Source: Candidatus Woesearchaeota archaeon (lineage in GTDB: Archaea; Nanobdellota; Nanobdellia; SCGC-AAA011-G17; CAYFGV01). From it: a DNA stretch of 64,000 nucleotides. The stretch is from the NCBI GenBank assembly GCA_964452525.1, contig CAYVLZ010000002.1, positions 2,392 through 66,391 of the forward strand, read 5' to 3'. Positions 1 through 8,666 of the stretch are shown here, piece after piece. The notes beneath the pieces were generated by a model that was given only the letters and a program-made list of their open reading frames with translations, ran no database searches and had not been told where the DNA came from. Position 1 is the first letter of the stretch. Each line of letters opens with the position of its first letter. The translations under genes were made by a program, and so were the position numbers.

Positions 1-1323
1 TTTGGAGCACCACAAACCTACTCTATGAGCGCGAGGGCAGGAATAGTTCCCACACCAAATCCGGAGTGGGGAGCTCTAGCTTTTGCAACCAATAGATATT
101 GTAGATCAGAGATAGAAGATACAACCAATTGCGATCAACTAAGAGTTGATGGTATTAATTGGCCAGAAGCTAAAGCATTCTATGTTTCTGAGTTTTTAAT
201 GAAAGCAGAATACGAAGATACCTATCTAAATGACGGCGTTCTTCTTGATGCAGATTCCCAAGGAATAACCCCGAAAGGATTCAAATTTAGGAGAAAAATA
301 GATGAGAATTTGGACGGAATAATAGATAACGAAGAATGGATGAACGATCAAATACCTCACACCTATATAGAATTCTATAACATAATTAAAAGTGAAGCCG
401 AAGCCTATGGAAGAGAAGATGGAACTGATGATGAATTTTTAATTGTAAATAACGGATACCTCAACCCCGACGTGGATAATAGACCTTTAAACGGTGTTCA
501 ATATGAAGATTTTAATGGAGGAATACAAGGGACTTATAATGAAGAATTAGCACAATACGTACGCAGCTATACTGACCCCAATTTTCTTGACGAACCAATC
601 AGTTCTTGGATCAGGGAAAGAGACAGACGCTATTACCCCGGAGGTGAATATTTTGACCCAGATTCTGAATTAGGAATTAATCAAAATAATTTTGATGCTC
701 ACAGGGATATTATGGCCATGACTTTAATTATGGGAAATGCTTCATATGGGCACACCTATTCTCATTCAACCGGGATTCCAATATGTGATAGACATTATAG
801 AGATGACTGGTTTGATGAATTTTCTGTAGATGAGAACGGAGTTTCTTCTAAACATGAAGACTATGATGCACCTTTAATATGTTTTGATTTTGGAGAAGGA
901 GAGCAATGTGTTAAGAACAGATTCTATCACATTGGTTGGTTGGGGGGAGCTTTAGGTACGGGATATGAAATGCAAGGATATCCAAATGTATACAGGAGAG
1001 ATTTTGATAATGGAATTGCACTTTTAAGTTTAGATTCTAATGAAATTACTATAACATTAGAAAGATACTATAAAAAGATATTAGGAGTTGACCCAGACAA
1101 TAATGGAATTCTCTTTAATGATGGATCTACACTTAACCAAGTTACCCTGAACAACAGAGAAGGGATAATTCTAATAACTCTTAATTGTGAGGGCGGAGAT
1201 ATAAATGGAGATGGCATAGTAGAGAATGACGAATTAGTAGACTCTATCAATTCCTGGTTCCTTGGAGAAATAGAGATGTTAGATATAATTGCTATAATAG
1301 ATAACTGGCTTCTGGGTTGTTAG
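1..1323 (+). CDS. Secreted glycoside-hydrolase-like protein (5' end cut by window edge) with C-terminal single-EF-hand dockerin-like module
   Basis: The frame is open from nt 1, with no stop upstream of the Met at 25. The C-terminus DINGDGIVENDELVDSINSWFLGEIEMLDIIAIIDNWL matches a module shared with four other secreted ORFs in the window. The catalytic family cannot be assigned by eye. Confidence 0.5.
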   Translation, partial: FGAPQTYSMSARAGIVPTPNPEWGALAFATNRYCRSEIEDTTNCDQLRVDGINWPEAKAFYVSEFLMKAEYEDTYLNDGVLLDADSQGITPKGFKFRRKIDENLDGIIDNEEWMNDQIPHTYIEFYNIIKSEAEAYGREDGTDDEFLIVNNGYLNPDVDNRPLNGVQYEDFNGGIQGTYNEELAQYVRSYTDPNFLDEPISSWIRERDRRYYPGGEYFDPDSELGINQNNFDAHRDIMAMTLIMGNASYGHTYSHSTGIPICDRHYRDDWFDEFSVDENGVSSKHEDYDAPLICFDFGEGEQCVKNRFYHIGWLGGALGTGYEMQGYPNVYRRDFDNGIALLSLDSNEITITLERYYKKILGVDPDNNGILFNDGSTLNQVTLNNREGIILITLNCEGGDINGDGIVENDELVDSINSWFLGEIEMLDIIAIIDNWLLGC

Positions 1324-1357
1324 AAAGTTTTAATAATGCACTTTTTTCTCTATTTTT

Positions 1358-2092
1358 ATGACCTTATACCTTATAGGCCTTGGATTAAACGATAAAGAAG
1401 ACTTAACAATAAAAGGTTTCAAAATTATAAAAAAATGTGACTTGATCTATTTAGAGAATTATACATCTCTTATGCAAAATTCAGTTAAAGAATTAGAAAA
1501 ACAATATAATAAAAAAATAATTAAGTTGGAAAGGACAGACGTAGAATCTGACAAGTTAATTAAGGAAGCTAAGAAGAAAGAAGTTGCTTTATTAGTTATA
1601 GGAGATCCGCTAATAGCAACAACTCACATTTCACTATTAATGGAAGCTAAAAAAGCAAAAGTAAAAACACATATAATCCACAACTCATCCATACTAACCG
1701 TAATATCTGAGACAGGTTTAAGCCTTTATAAGCTTGGAGCTATTGCTTCTATCCCTTTTGATAATAAGAACATAAAAACCCCAATAGAAATAATAAAAAA
1801 TAACCTAAAAATGAATCTACATACCTTGGTTCTACTGGATTTAAATCCCCAAGAGAATAGATATCTAACGATAAAGGAAGCCATAAATTACTTGATGAAT
1901 AATGGTTTGAATAAAAATCAGCTATGTGTAGGATGTGCAAGGCTTGGAGGAAAATCAAAGATAAAGTCTGGAAAAGCATTAACATTATTAAAAGAAGATT
2001 TTGGAAAGCCCCCTTATTGTTTAATAATTCCTAGCAAATTAAACTTTGTAGAGGAGGAGGCATTAAAAATATTTACAGATTTTAACTCATGA
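1358..2092 (+). CDS. dph5: Diphthine synthase
   Basis: N-terminus MTLYLIGLGLNDKEDLTIKGFKIIKKCDLIYLENYTS and the tetrapyrrole-methylase-like layout are typical of archaeal diphthine synthase. Confidence 0.85.
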   Translation: MTLYLIGLGLNDKEDLTIKGFKIIKKCDLIYLENYTSLMQNSVKELEKQYNKKIIKLERTDVESDKLIKEAKKKEVALLVIGDPLIATTHISLLMEAKKAKVKTHIIHNSSILTVISETGLSLYKLGAIASIPFDNKNIKTPIEIIKNNLKMNLHTLVLLDLNPQENRYLTIKEAINYLMNNGLNKNQLCVGCARLGGKSKIKSGKALTLLKEDFGKPPYCLIIPSKLNFVEEEALKIFTDFNS

Positions 2093-2131
2093 AATAAATA
2101 GTTTTATATACGATATTATACAAACATAATC

Positions 2132-2944
2132 ATGCCTAAGCATAGAAAAAAGAAGGGGTGGTCTAAAAGAGAAAGATACCTACTTTTAATAATAATTCTC
2201 TTAGTCTTCATATTCTTCTTAAATTTCTTAATTCCTTATCTAATAACAAAACCACTTTTAGCACCATTGCCATCTACAGTAACCAGATCTTTCTCCAATC
2301 CCACCCCAGAACCAGGTTCAACAATAACAGTAAGCCTAATAGTTAATGAGGAAAATCAAGAAGAATATTATTTGATAGATGAATCTGCTCCCACAGGGTG
2401 GAATATTGATAGCGTAGAAGGTTATGTTCAAGAAAACAATATAAAATTCATAGTTATAAACGGGATTATGGATGGAATAGTAGAAGATACAACTTGGCAA
2501 TACACCATGACTATTCCTACGGATGCCTTAGGAACTTATACTTTTACAGGACTATATCAATTTCAAGGAATGTCCGACCCATTAACAATAGAAGGAAGCG
2601 ATGAAGTAACTATAACTTCTGGAAGCGAAGGAGAATCAGAAGCTGAAGCTGAAGCAGAATCCGAAAGCGAAGGAGAAGGTGGAGGAGGAGGAGAAGGAGA
2701 ATCAGAAGCTGAAGCTGAGAGTGAAGCTGAGAGTGAATCTGAGTCAGAATCAGAGTCTGAAAGTGAGGGGGAAGACACATTAAATGAAACTTCTAACGAA
2801 GAAGAGCAACCAACACATGAAGAAGAACAAACATCAAGGGTAAAAGATTATGTTACTTACACTGTGATTATTTTAATGATAATTGCAATAATCTTAATTT
2901 TTAAATTCCAACTTCTAGATAAGTTTAAAGAAGACAAGCCTTAA
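2132..2944 (+). CDS. Surface protein with N- and C-terminal TM segments, beta-sandwich domain and Ser/Glu/Ala/Gly acidic low-complexity stalk
   Basis: Basic N-terminus followed by a TM segment. The domain PLLAPLPSTVTRSFSNPTPEPGSTITVSLIV...GTYTFTGLYQF is paralogous to ORF 3557..4624. A SEAEAE/GGGGG stalk and a C-terminal TM segment (VIILMIIAIILIF) follow. Confidence 0.6.
   Translation: MPKHRKKKGWSKRERYLLLIIILLVFIFFLNFLIPYLITKPLLAPLPSTVTRSFSNPTPEPGSTITVSLIVNEENQEEYYLIDESAPTGWNIDSVEGYVQENNIKFIVINGIMDGIVEDTTWQYTMTIPTDALGTYTFTGLYQFQGMSDPLTIEGSDEVTITSGSEGESEAEAEAESESEGEGGGGGEGESEAEAESEAESESESESESESEGEDTLNETSNEEEQPTHEEEQTSRVKDYVTYTVIILMIIAIILIFKFQLLDKFKEDKP
2618..2776 (+). repeat. Low-complexity GAA/GCT/TCA coding repeat (SEAEAE...GGGGG...SESESE) containing a 25-nt direct duplication
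   Basis: aaggagaatcagaagctgaagctga occurs at both 2628..2652 and 2694..2718, flanking a ggaggaggagga run. Confidence 0.85.
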
Positions 2945-3000
2945 TAACCATCTTAAACATAAAAGATAGATTTATATATTAATTTTATAGATTTTAGTGT

Positions 3001-3555
3001 ATGGAAAAGAGGCTGACAACATTCATAATACTACTTATAATAGTAATAAGCTTCAAAGTTAGTTCTCAAATAACCTCTACACAACAAACATCATCTCATG
3101 ATAAAATTGCCCCAAAGATAATAAATCTTAAAGTAGAACCTTCTTCAACATCGGCTATCATTATTTGGCAGACAGACGAGCCATCAACAAGCCAGATTAT
3201 CTATTCTTTAGATTATAAAAACTATACAATTGAAACAGAAATAAATTTAACTCTTGTAACTAATCATTCCGTCAATATCACTAATTTAAATCCTAATAAA
3301 ACTTATTTTTATAAAATAATTAGCAACGACACAAACAATAATCAGGCAATGGAAAATAGTACATTTTCAACAGCATACTGCATAAACAGATCATTAATAG
3401 ATCCTAATAAAAACGATATAATCGATACTAAAGAGATAATTTATATAACAAACCACTGGAAGAATAGTTCAATAGAAGATTTAGATATGATACAAACTGC
3501 AACAGCGTGGTTGTCCAATCAACCAATAGATAACTATTTTGAAGAAATCTGTTAA
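3001..3555 (+). CDS. Small secreted protein: signal peptide, FN3/purple-acid-phosphatase-N-like domain, dockerin-like EF-hand module
   Basis: Hydrophobic N-terminus. FN3-like hallmarks are IIIWQTDEPSTSQIIYS...NHSVNITNLNPNKTYFYKIIS. The module IDPNKNDIIDTKEIIYITNHWKNSSIEDLDMIQTATAWL lies at 3397..3513. Confidence 0.6.
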   Translation: MEKRLTTFIILLIIVISFKVSSQITSTQQTSSHDKIAPKIINLKVEPSSTSAIIIWQTDEPSTSQIIYSLDYKNYTIETEINLTLVTNHSVNITNLNPNKTYFYKIISNDTNNNQAMENSTFSTAYCINRSLIDPNKNDIIDTKEIIYITNHWKNSSIEDLDMIQTATAWLSNQPIDNYFEEIC

Positions 3556-3556
3556 G

Positions 3557-4624
3557 ATGGAACTAACAAAAAACACCAAATTATTAATATTAATAGCAAT
3601 TTTATTCAGTTACATCTTTACTATTAATTACATTGTACCCAATGCAATGATTAAACCTTTACTAAGTCCAGAAAACCCCACAGCAGTAAGATCCATCTCA
3701 GAGATGTATACAGAACCTGGATCTACTATAACAATTAGTTTAATTGTTTCTCCAACTGACGAAGATACCATTTATTTAATAGAAGATACTGTTCCAGAAG
3801 AGTTGACAATCACAAACACAGAAGCTTCCATTGTAGATCAAAATGTTAGAATTCTTTTAGCAGAGAATCTTATCCCCCCTGGAGCCGATATAGAAAATAC
3901 AGTGTGGACTTACGATGTTATAATCCCTCAAGATGCTTCAGGGACCTATACTTTCACAGGAATTTATTGGTTTGATACTTTAGAAGAAGAAACCACTATT
4001 TTAGGAGATTCTCAGATCATAATAGGGGAACCTGTTCACTATGAATGTATAAACAATGCCTGTACAGAAGTTCCAGGTATGGGAGATAACATATGTTCTA
4101 CAGACCAAGACTGTATCGGAGTTAATTGTAATGATAATGATCAAGATAATTATTTTGAAAACACAGAGACATGTCCGGGAACAGATTGTGATGACGACGA
4201 TCCGTTAATAAATCCTAGTGCTGAAGAGTATTGTGAAAATTCCGTTGACGATGATTGTGATTCTTTTATAGATTTAGAAGATGATGATTGCGTTGAAACA
4301 ATTTTGGGAGATATCGAAACAGGACAAGATAATGAAGGTACTGAAACACAATTAACCCAAATGATAAGTAATAACTGGATAATCCTTTTAGTCGTAATGA
4401 TAGTTCTAGTATCCACAGCAGTAATAATCTTTTTGTATTTACATTTCCACAAAAAACATATAGTACATTCAAAACCAGATACGCATGAATCAATATCAAA
4501 ATTGAAAGAATATATACAAAAAGCTATGGATAAGGGACAAACAGAAGAACAAATTAAAAATACTTTAAAAACAATTGGTTGGAAGGAAGAACAAATAGAT
4601 AAGGCATTAAAACTGATTAAATAA
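3557..4624 (+). CDS. Surface protein paralogous to 2132..2944, with MopE-like Cys/Asp-rich motif, C-terminal TM and short cytoplasmic helical tail
   Basis: The ATG at 3557 is preferred over the TTG at 3539. Shared domain: KPLLSPENPTAVRSISEMYTEPGSTITISLIV...GTYTFTGIYWF. DCDDDDPLINPSAEEYCENSVDDDCDSFID resembles the MopE-type putative metal-binding repeat. A TM segment (WIILLVVMIVLVSTAVIIFLYL) is followed by the tail ...EEQIKNTLKTIGWKEEQIDKAL. Confidence 0.6.
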   Translation: MELTKNTKLLILIAILFSYIFTINYIVPNAMIKPLLSPENPTAVRSISEMYTEPGSTITISLIVSPTDEDTIYLIEDTVPEELTITNTEASIVDQNVRILLAENLIPPGADIENTVWTYDVIIPQDASGTYTFTGIYWFDTLEEETTILGDSQIIIGEPVHYECINNACTEVPGMGDNICSTDQDCIGVNCNDNDQDNYFENTETCPGTDCDDDDPLINPSAEEYCENSVDDDCDSFIDLEDDDCVETILGDIETGQDNEGTETQLTQMISNNWIILLVVMIVLVSTAVIIFLYLHFHKKHIVHSKPDTHESISKLKEYIQKAMDKGQTEEQIKNTLKTIGWKEEQIDKALKLIK

Positions 4625-4625
4625 A

Positions 4626-5105
4626 TTATTTCTTAAAACTCAGAATAGGAGCAATATTCTCATGAATAATCTCTCCAGATTCAGCGTCAATTTTAACATT
4701 TAAAACATTAAAACTGTTCATCACATAAATAATATTCCACATCTGTTTATCCAGATGCTGTAATATAACTATCCTTTTATTAACCTTCTCTCCTTTATAC
4801 TTCTCTTCTATTAGTTTTTCAATAATAGACTCTACTCTTTTCAAATCTATTTTAATTTTCTCTAAATTTAATTCATTTATCTTATCCTTATTTTTCCTAA
4901 AAACAGAATCTTCCTCAAAGACAACTTTATCTTCAAACCTAAAAGTACTCATCTTATCAGAATCAGGGTCATAAAAATCAATTCTCCATTCGTTCTTGTC
5001 AAGAAAAGCGCTACAAAAATAAGCATCTTTGTGTTTGTTTTTCCATTCTTTATAATCTTCGCTTTCTTTAATTTTTTCCAATGAATCTCTCAATTTATTC
5101 AACAT
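4626..5105 (-). CDS. Hypothetical cytoplasmic protein
   Basis: Clean 159-aa ORF, divergent from 5187. No family recognised with confidence. Confidence 0.5.
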   Translation of the reverse strand: MLNKLRDSLEKIKESEDYKEWKNKHKDAYFCSAFLDKNEWRIDFYDPDSDKMSTFRFEDKVVFEEDSVFRKNKDKINELNLEKIKIDLKRVESIIEKLIEEKYKGEKVNKRIVILQHLDKQMWNIIYVMNSFNVLNVKIDAESGEIIHENIAPILSFKK

Positions 5106-5156
5106 TTTATAAGTCCGGTAACTTTACAATTATATATAAATATAGCGATAAAAACC

Positions 5157-5164
5157 TTTATATA
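5157..5164 (+). promoter_or_regulatory. TATA box (aaaaccTTTATATA) for 5187 CDS
   Basis: The first T is 30 nt upstream of the ATG at 5187. The same spacing recurs across the window. Confidence 0.5.
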
Positions 5165-5186
5165 TCAGTCCTATTACAATAACACT

Positions 5187-6851
5187 ATGAAACAGAGGTA
5201 TCTACTATTAATGTTCTTATTATTAATACCTTTAGTTAATGCCCAAGACTACACTGGAGTATTTGAAATAGATAAAAATCAAGTACAGCTAGGAGATCAG
5301 TTCACCATTACAGGAACAATATCCCATAACGGAGAAAGATTAGATTCAGGCGCTGTTGTTGTAAAACTAATAAATGGAGAAACAATAGCTCCATTCCCAG
5401 CAACTTTAGAAAACGGTGATATTGTATCTACAGGAGTTCTTACTTTTGATTCTAATAATAATCCAATGCCGTCTGGAAATTACCAAGTTGACATAACTCT
5501 ATTCAGCATACATGGAGATCACGTATTTGAGAATATGGCTACTCTAATCGTAAATAACCAACTTGTAACACAGATAGATTTAGATAAAACAGAAATAGAG
5601 CCTGGCCAATCAATATCCGTAACAGGAAAAGCTGAAAAATCAGATAACAGAAAAGTTAATGGAAACATAAGAATAACCCTTGGAACAAAAGATTACGATT
5701 ATTCTTTCGAAGACGGAACTTTCCAATACAGAATCAAGACATCAGATACAATAAAATCTCATGAACATTCAATAGATATTCTAGTTCAAGACGAATTTGG
5801 AAACCATAAACAAACAACTTTAATTTTCAATATAATCCCGATACCGACAACTTTGGAATTCTCAATGGAATCCAGAGAATTTATCCCAGAAGAAACATTA
5901 TCCTTAATACCCGTTCTCTACGATCAAGCCGGAGACGTAATGCCTGGTAAGGAAATAGAGATCCGAATCGCAAATCCAGAAAATGAGATTATAGAAGAAA
6001 AAGCAAAAAGCGCTGAATCTTTTATATACAATATACCACAATTTGCAATTCCAGGAAAGTGGAAAATAAAAGCTTCCCATTTAGACGTTTCAAATGAAGA
6101 AGAATTCACAGTTAAGGAAGTTAAAGATATAGAGATAAGTCTTGTAGCACAGACTTTGATAGTTAAAAACATAGGTAATATGGAATACGAAGACCATTTA
6201 ATAATAGAAGCTATTGGGGACAAGATGCATACACTTGAAAAAAGAACATACATACAACCAGGAGAAACAATAAGAATAGATCTCTACAAGTATCTTCCAG
6301 AAGGTTCTTATCAAATAAATGTTCATGGAGAAAAGTTTGATGTTGATATAACTGATGAGAGGGGCATAGGAGAAAAAGCATCAGACTTCTTTAAAGACAT
6401 CACAGGAAATGTAGTAGTAACTCCTGGAAGTTCAGCTTCAAAAACTTCTTTTTATGTGTTCTTATTAATTGTTGGCTCAATCATAATCTTCTTAGCAAGA
6501 TCAAAATTAGAACATTCTAAGATCTCTAAAAAAGCCAGAGAAAGAGAATTCGAAAGAGCTAAGAAAAGAAAAGAAGGTCTTTTACAACTAAAAGACAAGG
6601 TAGGAATCAAACCAAGGAGATTATTTGGGAAAGCTACAGAATCAGACATCAAAGATATGAAGCAAAGGATTCTAAGGGACATTGAGAGAGATAAAGAAAG
6701 AAGACAACCCTACAACAATACCTACACTTCAACATCAAGGCCAGTTAAAAAAGAGTTCGATCAACCAATCAAGAAGAAGGATTATATAGATTTGACTGAA
6801 AAGAAGGAAGATTCGGATGATAATAAAGGCTTTTTCAATATGTTCGATTAA
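5187..6851 (+). CDS. Secreted Ig-like repeat surface protein with C-terminal TM and Lys/Arg/Glu-rich cytoplasmic tail
   Basis: Signal peptide MKQRYLLLMFLLLIPLVNA. Repeated beta-rich segments. TM segment FYVFLLIVGSIIIFL, then a charged tail. Confidence 0.55.
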   Translation: MKQRYLLLMFLLLIPLVNAQDYTGVFEIDKNQVQLGDQFTITGTISHNGERLDSGAVVVKLINGETIAPFPATLENGDIVSTGVLTFDSNNNPMPSGNYQVDITLFSIHGDHVFENMATLIVNNQLVTQIDLDKTEIEPGQSISVTGKAEKSDNRKVNGNIRITLGTKDYDYSFEDGTFQYRIKTSDTIKSHEHSIDILVQDEFGNHKQTTLIFNIIPIPTTLEFSMESREFIPEETLSLIPVLYDQAGDVMPGKEIEIRIANPENEIIEEKAKSAESFIYNIPQFAIPGKWKIKASHLDVSNEEEFTVKEVKDIEISLVAQTLIVKNIGNMEYEDHLIIEAIGDKMHTLEKRTYIQPGETIRIDLYKYLPEGSYQINVHGEKFDVDITDERGIGEKASDFFKDITGNVVVTPGSSASKTSFYVFLLIVGSIIIFLARSKLEHSKISKKAREREFERAKKRKEGLLQLKDKVGIKPRRLFGKATESDIKDMKQRILRDIERDKERRQPYNNTYTSTSRPVKKEFDQPIKKKDYIDLTEKKEDSDDNKGFFNMFD

Positions 6852-6913
6852 ATAGCAAGTTTTATATATGCCTTTAACCAAATCTTACTTATTATAATCA
6901 AAGAGGTGTTAAA

Positions 6914-8038
6914 ATGAAAAGAGGTATTAGTCCTTTAATTGCTACAGTTCTCATAATTGGCTTTACTATCGTATTAGCAGCGGTTGTAATGAGGTGGGGA
7001 GGAGAATTCGTAAAAACTACAACAGAAGAAACCGGAGAAACTACTGAAGCAACTTTAAGCTGCATAGATGATGTGGATTTAAATGTCAATGATGTTTGTG
7101 TCTTGGGAAAAAAACTAAGAGTTTCCTTAGAGAATAAAGGTACTAAAGATGTAAATTCTTTAATTCTTAAAGTTCATAACAACAATCTTGTTGATTCTAC
7201 TCTAACCGACACAGGGGTCAATTCATTTAGCGCAGATTCCTTTAACATGAATTATTCTAGTATTCCACAATCAGTAACAAAATTAGAAGTGATCCCAAGA
7301 ATATTAGAATCAGAGGGTAGGGAAATAACTTGTCCGGCAATGGAACACATTGTTAACAGCTTATCAATATGTGATCTTAATAACGCAGTAGCCGTCTACC
7401 ACTTCCAAGATAATTATTTAGACGGTATAAGTGGTGATACTGGAGTTTCAGACGGAGACCCAGAGTTCATAGAAGATGGGGTAATAGGTAAAGCTCTTTA
7501 TCTAGATGGAGACGATTCCGTAGAAGTAACTTCCATAACAAATAACATTCCACGTGATAAAGGAACTATAGAAGCTTGGGTCAAAATAAGTACCCCTCCA
7601 GCCGAAGGTAACAGAAAAGCGATATTCTGGGCAGGAGCCACAGGTTTGCCTTGTGGAGGGGGGCCAAATAGAGATGAATACTGCATCAGTTTCCCCAATG
7701 ATATGGGTAGTGTTGAAGGCGCTACTGGATTTGATTTTATTATGAGTGGTCCACAGGATCTTAAAGATTGGGCATATACCGAATTTGAGATTGGAGATAT
7801 GTCTACAACAGATTGGTATCACATAGCGGTAACTTGGGACACCTCACAAGATAAACAATATCTGTATGTAGATGGAGAAAAATACGAAAGAGAAGATAGT
7901 TCTTCACAGACATTTGGAGGAACATGGAACAATGTACGTATTGGAAGAGCAGATGACTCCGGTAACCCTAGATACTTTGATGGTTACATAGACGAACTAG
8001 TAATATTTGATACCTTCAGGGACAAATATGACCAATAA
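6914..8038 (+). CDS. Archaeal type IV pilin-like protein (class III signal peptide) fused to LamG/concanavalin-like lectin domain
   Basis: MKRGISPLIATVLIIGFTIVLAAVV is a DUF361-type prepilin N-terminus. LamG hallmarks: GKALYLDGDDSVEV, IEAWVK, WYHIAVTWD, YLYVDGE, VRIGR, FDGYIDELVIFD. The SD agaggtg lies at 6902..6908. Confidence 0.75.
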   Translation: MKRGISPLIATVLIIGFTIVLAAVVMRWGGEFVKTTTEETGETTEATLSCIDDVDLNVNDVCVLGKKLRVSLENKGTKDVNSLILKVHNNNLVDSTLTDTGVNSFSADSFNMNYSSIPQSVTKLEVIPRILESEGREITCPAMEHIVNSLSICDLNNAVAVYHFQDNYLDGISGDTGVSDGDPEFIEDGVIGKALYLDGDDSVEVTSITNNIPRDKGTIEAWVKISTPPAEGNRKAIFWAGATGLPCGGGPNRDEYCISFPNDMGSVEGATGFDFIMSGPQDLKDWAYTEFEIGDMSTTDWYHIAVTWDTSQDKQYLYVDGEKYEREDSSSQTFGGTWNNVRIGRADDSGNPRYFDGYIDELVIFDTFRDKYDQ

Positions 8039-8483
8039 AAATTATATCTTTTTCTTCTTTTATTTCTTTAACATCAAAATTTTTCTTAACTAATTCTTTA
8101 ATTTTATCAAAGTCCTTAGCCTTCTTTAAAACAGAAATAGCTATTTTCTTTTTACAAACCCTTTTCATCTCTTTAATAGCTTTCTCAATATCGGAAAAAT
8201 TATGTACGGCAGTAACACAAATAATTACATCAAAACTTTTATCTTTAAATGGTAAATTTTCAGCTTCTCCATAAACACAATTTTTTTTATATTTAATCAT
8301 TTTTCTACTATTGTCTAACCCAGTATAATTTTTAATCATATAATCATAAAAAGCAGTTCCACATCCAACATCTAAAACACTTTCATCTTTCAACTTAAGC
8401 TCTTCCAGAATTATCTTTACTTTCTTAAGTTGTTCTTCTTTATACAATTCATCATAACCTTTTGCTATAGAATCATAATACAT
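8016..8483 (-). CDS. Class I SAM-dependent methyltransferase
   Basis: Motif I VLDVGCGTAFY and a Methyltransf_11-like layout. Its 3' end overlaps the pilin gene by 23 nt, convergently. Confidence 0.75.
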   Translation of the reverse strand: MYYDSIAKGYDELYKEEQLKKVKIILEELKLKDESVLDVGCGTAFYDYMIKNYTGLDNSRKMIKYKKNCVYGEAENLPFKDKSFDVIICVTAVHNFSDIEKAIKEMKRVCKKKIAISVLKKAKDFDKIKELVKKNFDVKEIKEEKDIIFIGHICP

Positions 8484-8496
8484 AAAGATGGCAACC

Positions 8497-8504
8497 TTTA
8501 AATA
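8497..8504 (+). promoter_or_regulatory. TATA box (aaccTTTAAATA) for tRNA-Gly
   Basis: Lies 33 nt upstream of the tRNA 5' end at 8530. Confidence 0.45.
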
Positions 8505-8529
8505 TTTAAAATATTTTTCCTTTGCTTAT

Positions 8530-8601
8530 GCGCCAGTAGTATAGTGGTTATTATGGGGCGTTGCCAACGCCTTGACCCGAGTTCGAATCTCGGCTGGCGC
8601 A
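8530..8601 (+). tRNA. tRNA-Gly (GCC), no intron
   Basis: Manual cloverleaf: acceptor gcgccag/ctggcgc, anticodon arm gggcg-ttGCCaa-cgcct, T arm ccgag-ttcgaat-ctcgg, discriminator a. Confidence 0.9.
8589..8601 (+). repeat. attL candidate (tRNA-Gly 3' end)
   Basis: ctcggctggcgca, identical to 12703..12715. Confidence 0.65.
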
Positions 8602-8666
8602 TGAACACCTACTTTCTCGAGTGTTAGTGCTCTAAAGCATATAAATTAGTTGGAGGTACTAATAAT

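Noticed and set aside
2563-2778. Short periodic repeats that could be mistaken for a CRISPR or tandem-repeat locus, plus a 71-aa antisense ORF
   Set aside because: The periodicity is 3-6 nt (GAA/GCT/TCA codons) inside an intact reading frame. There is no repeat-spacer architecture. It is a coding low-complexity tract.
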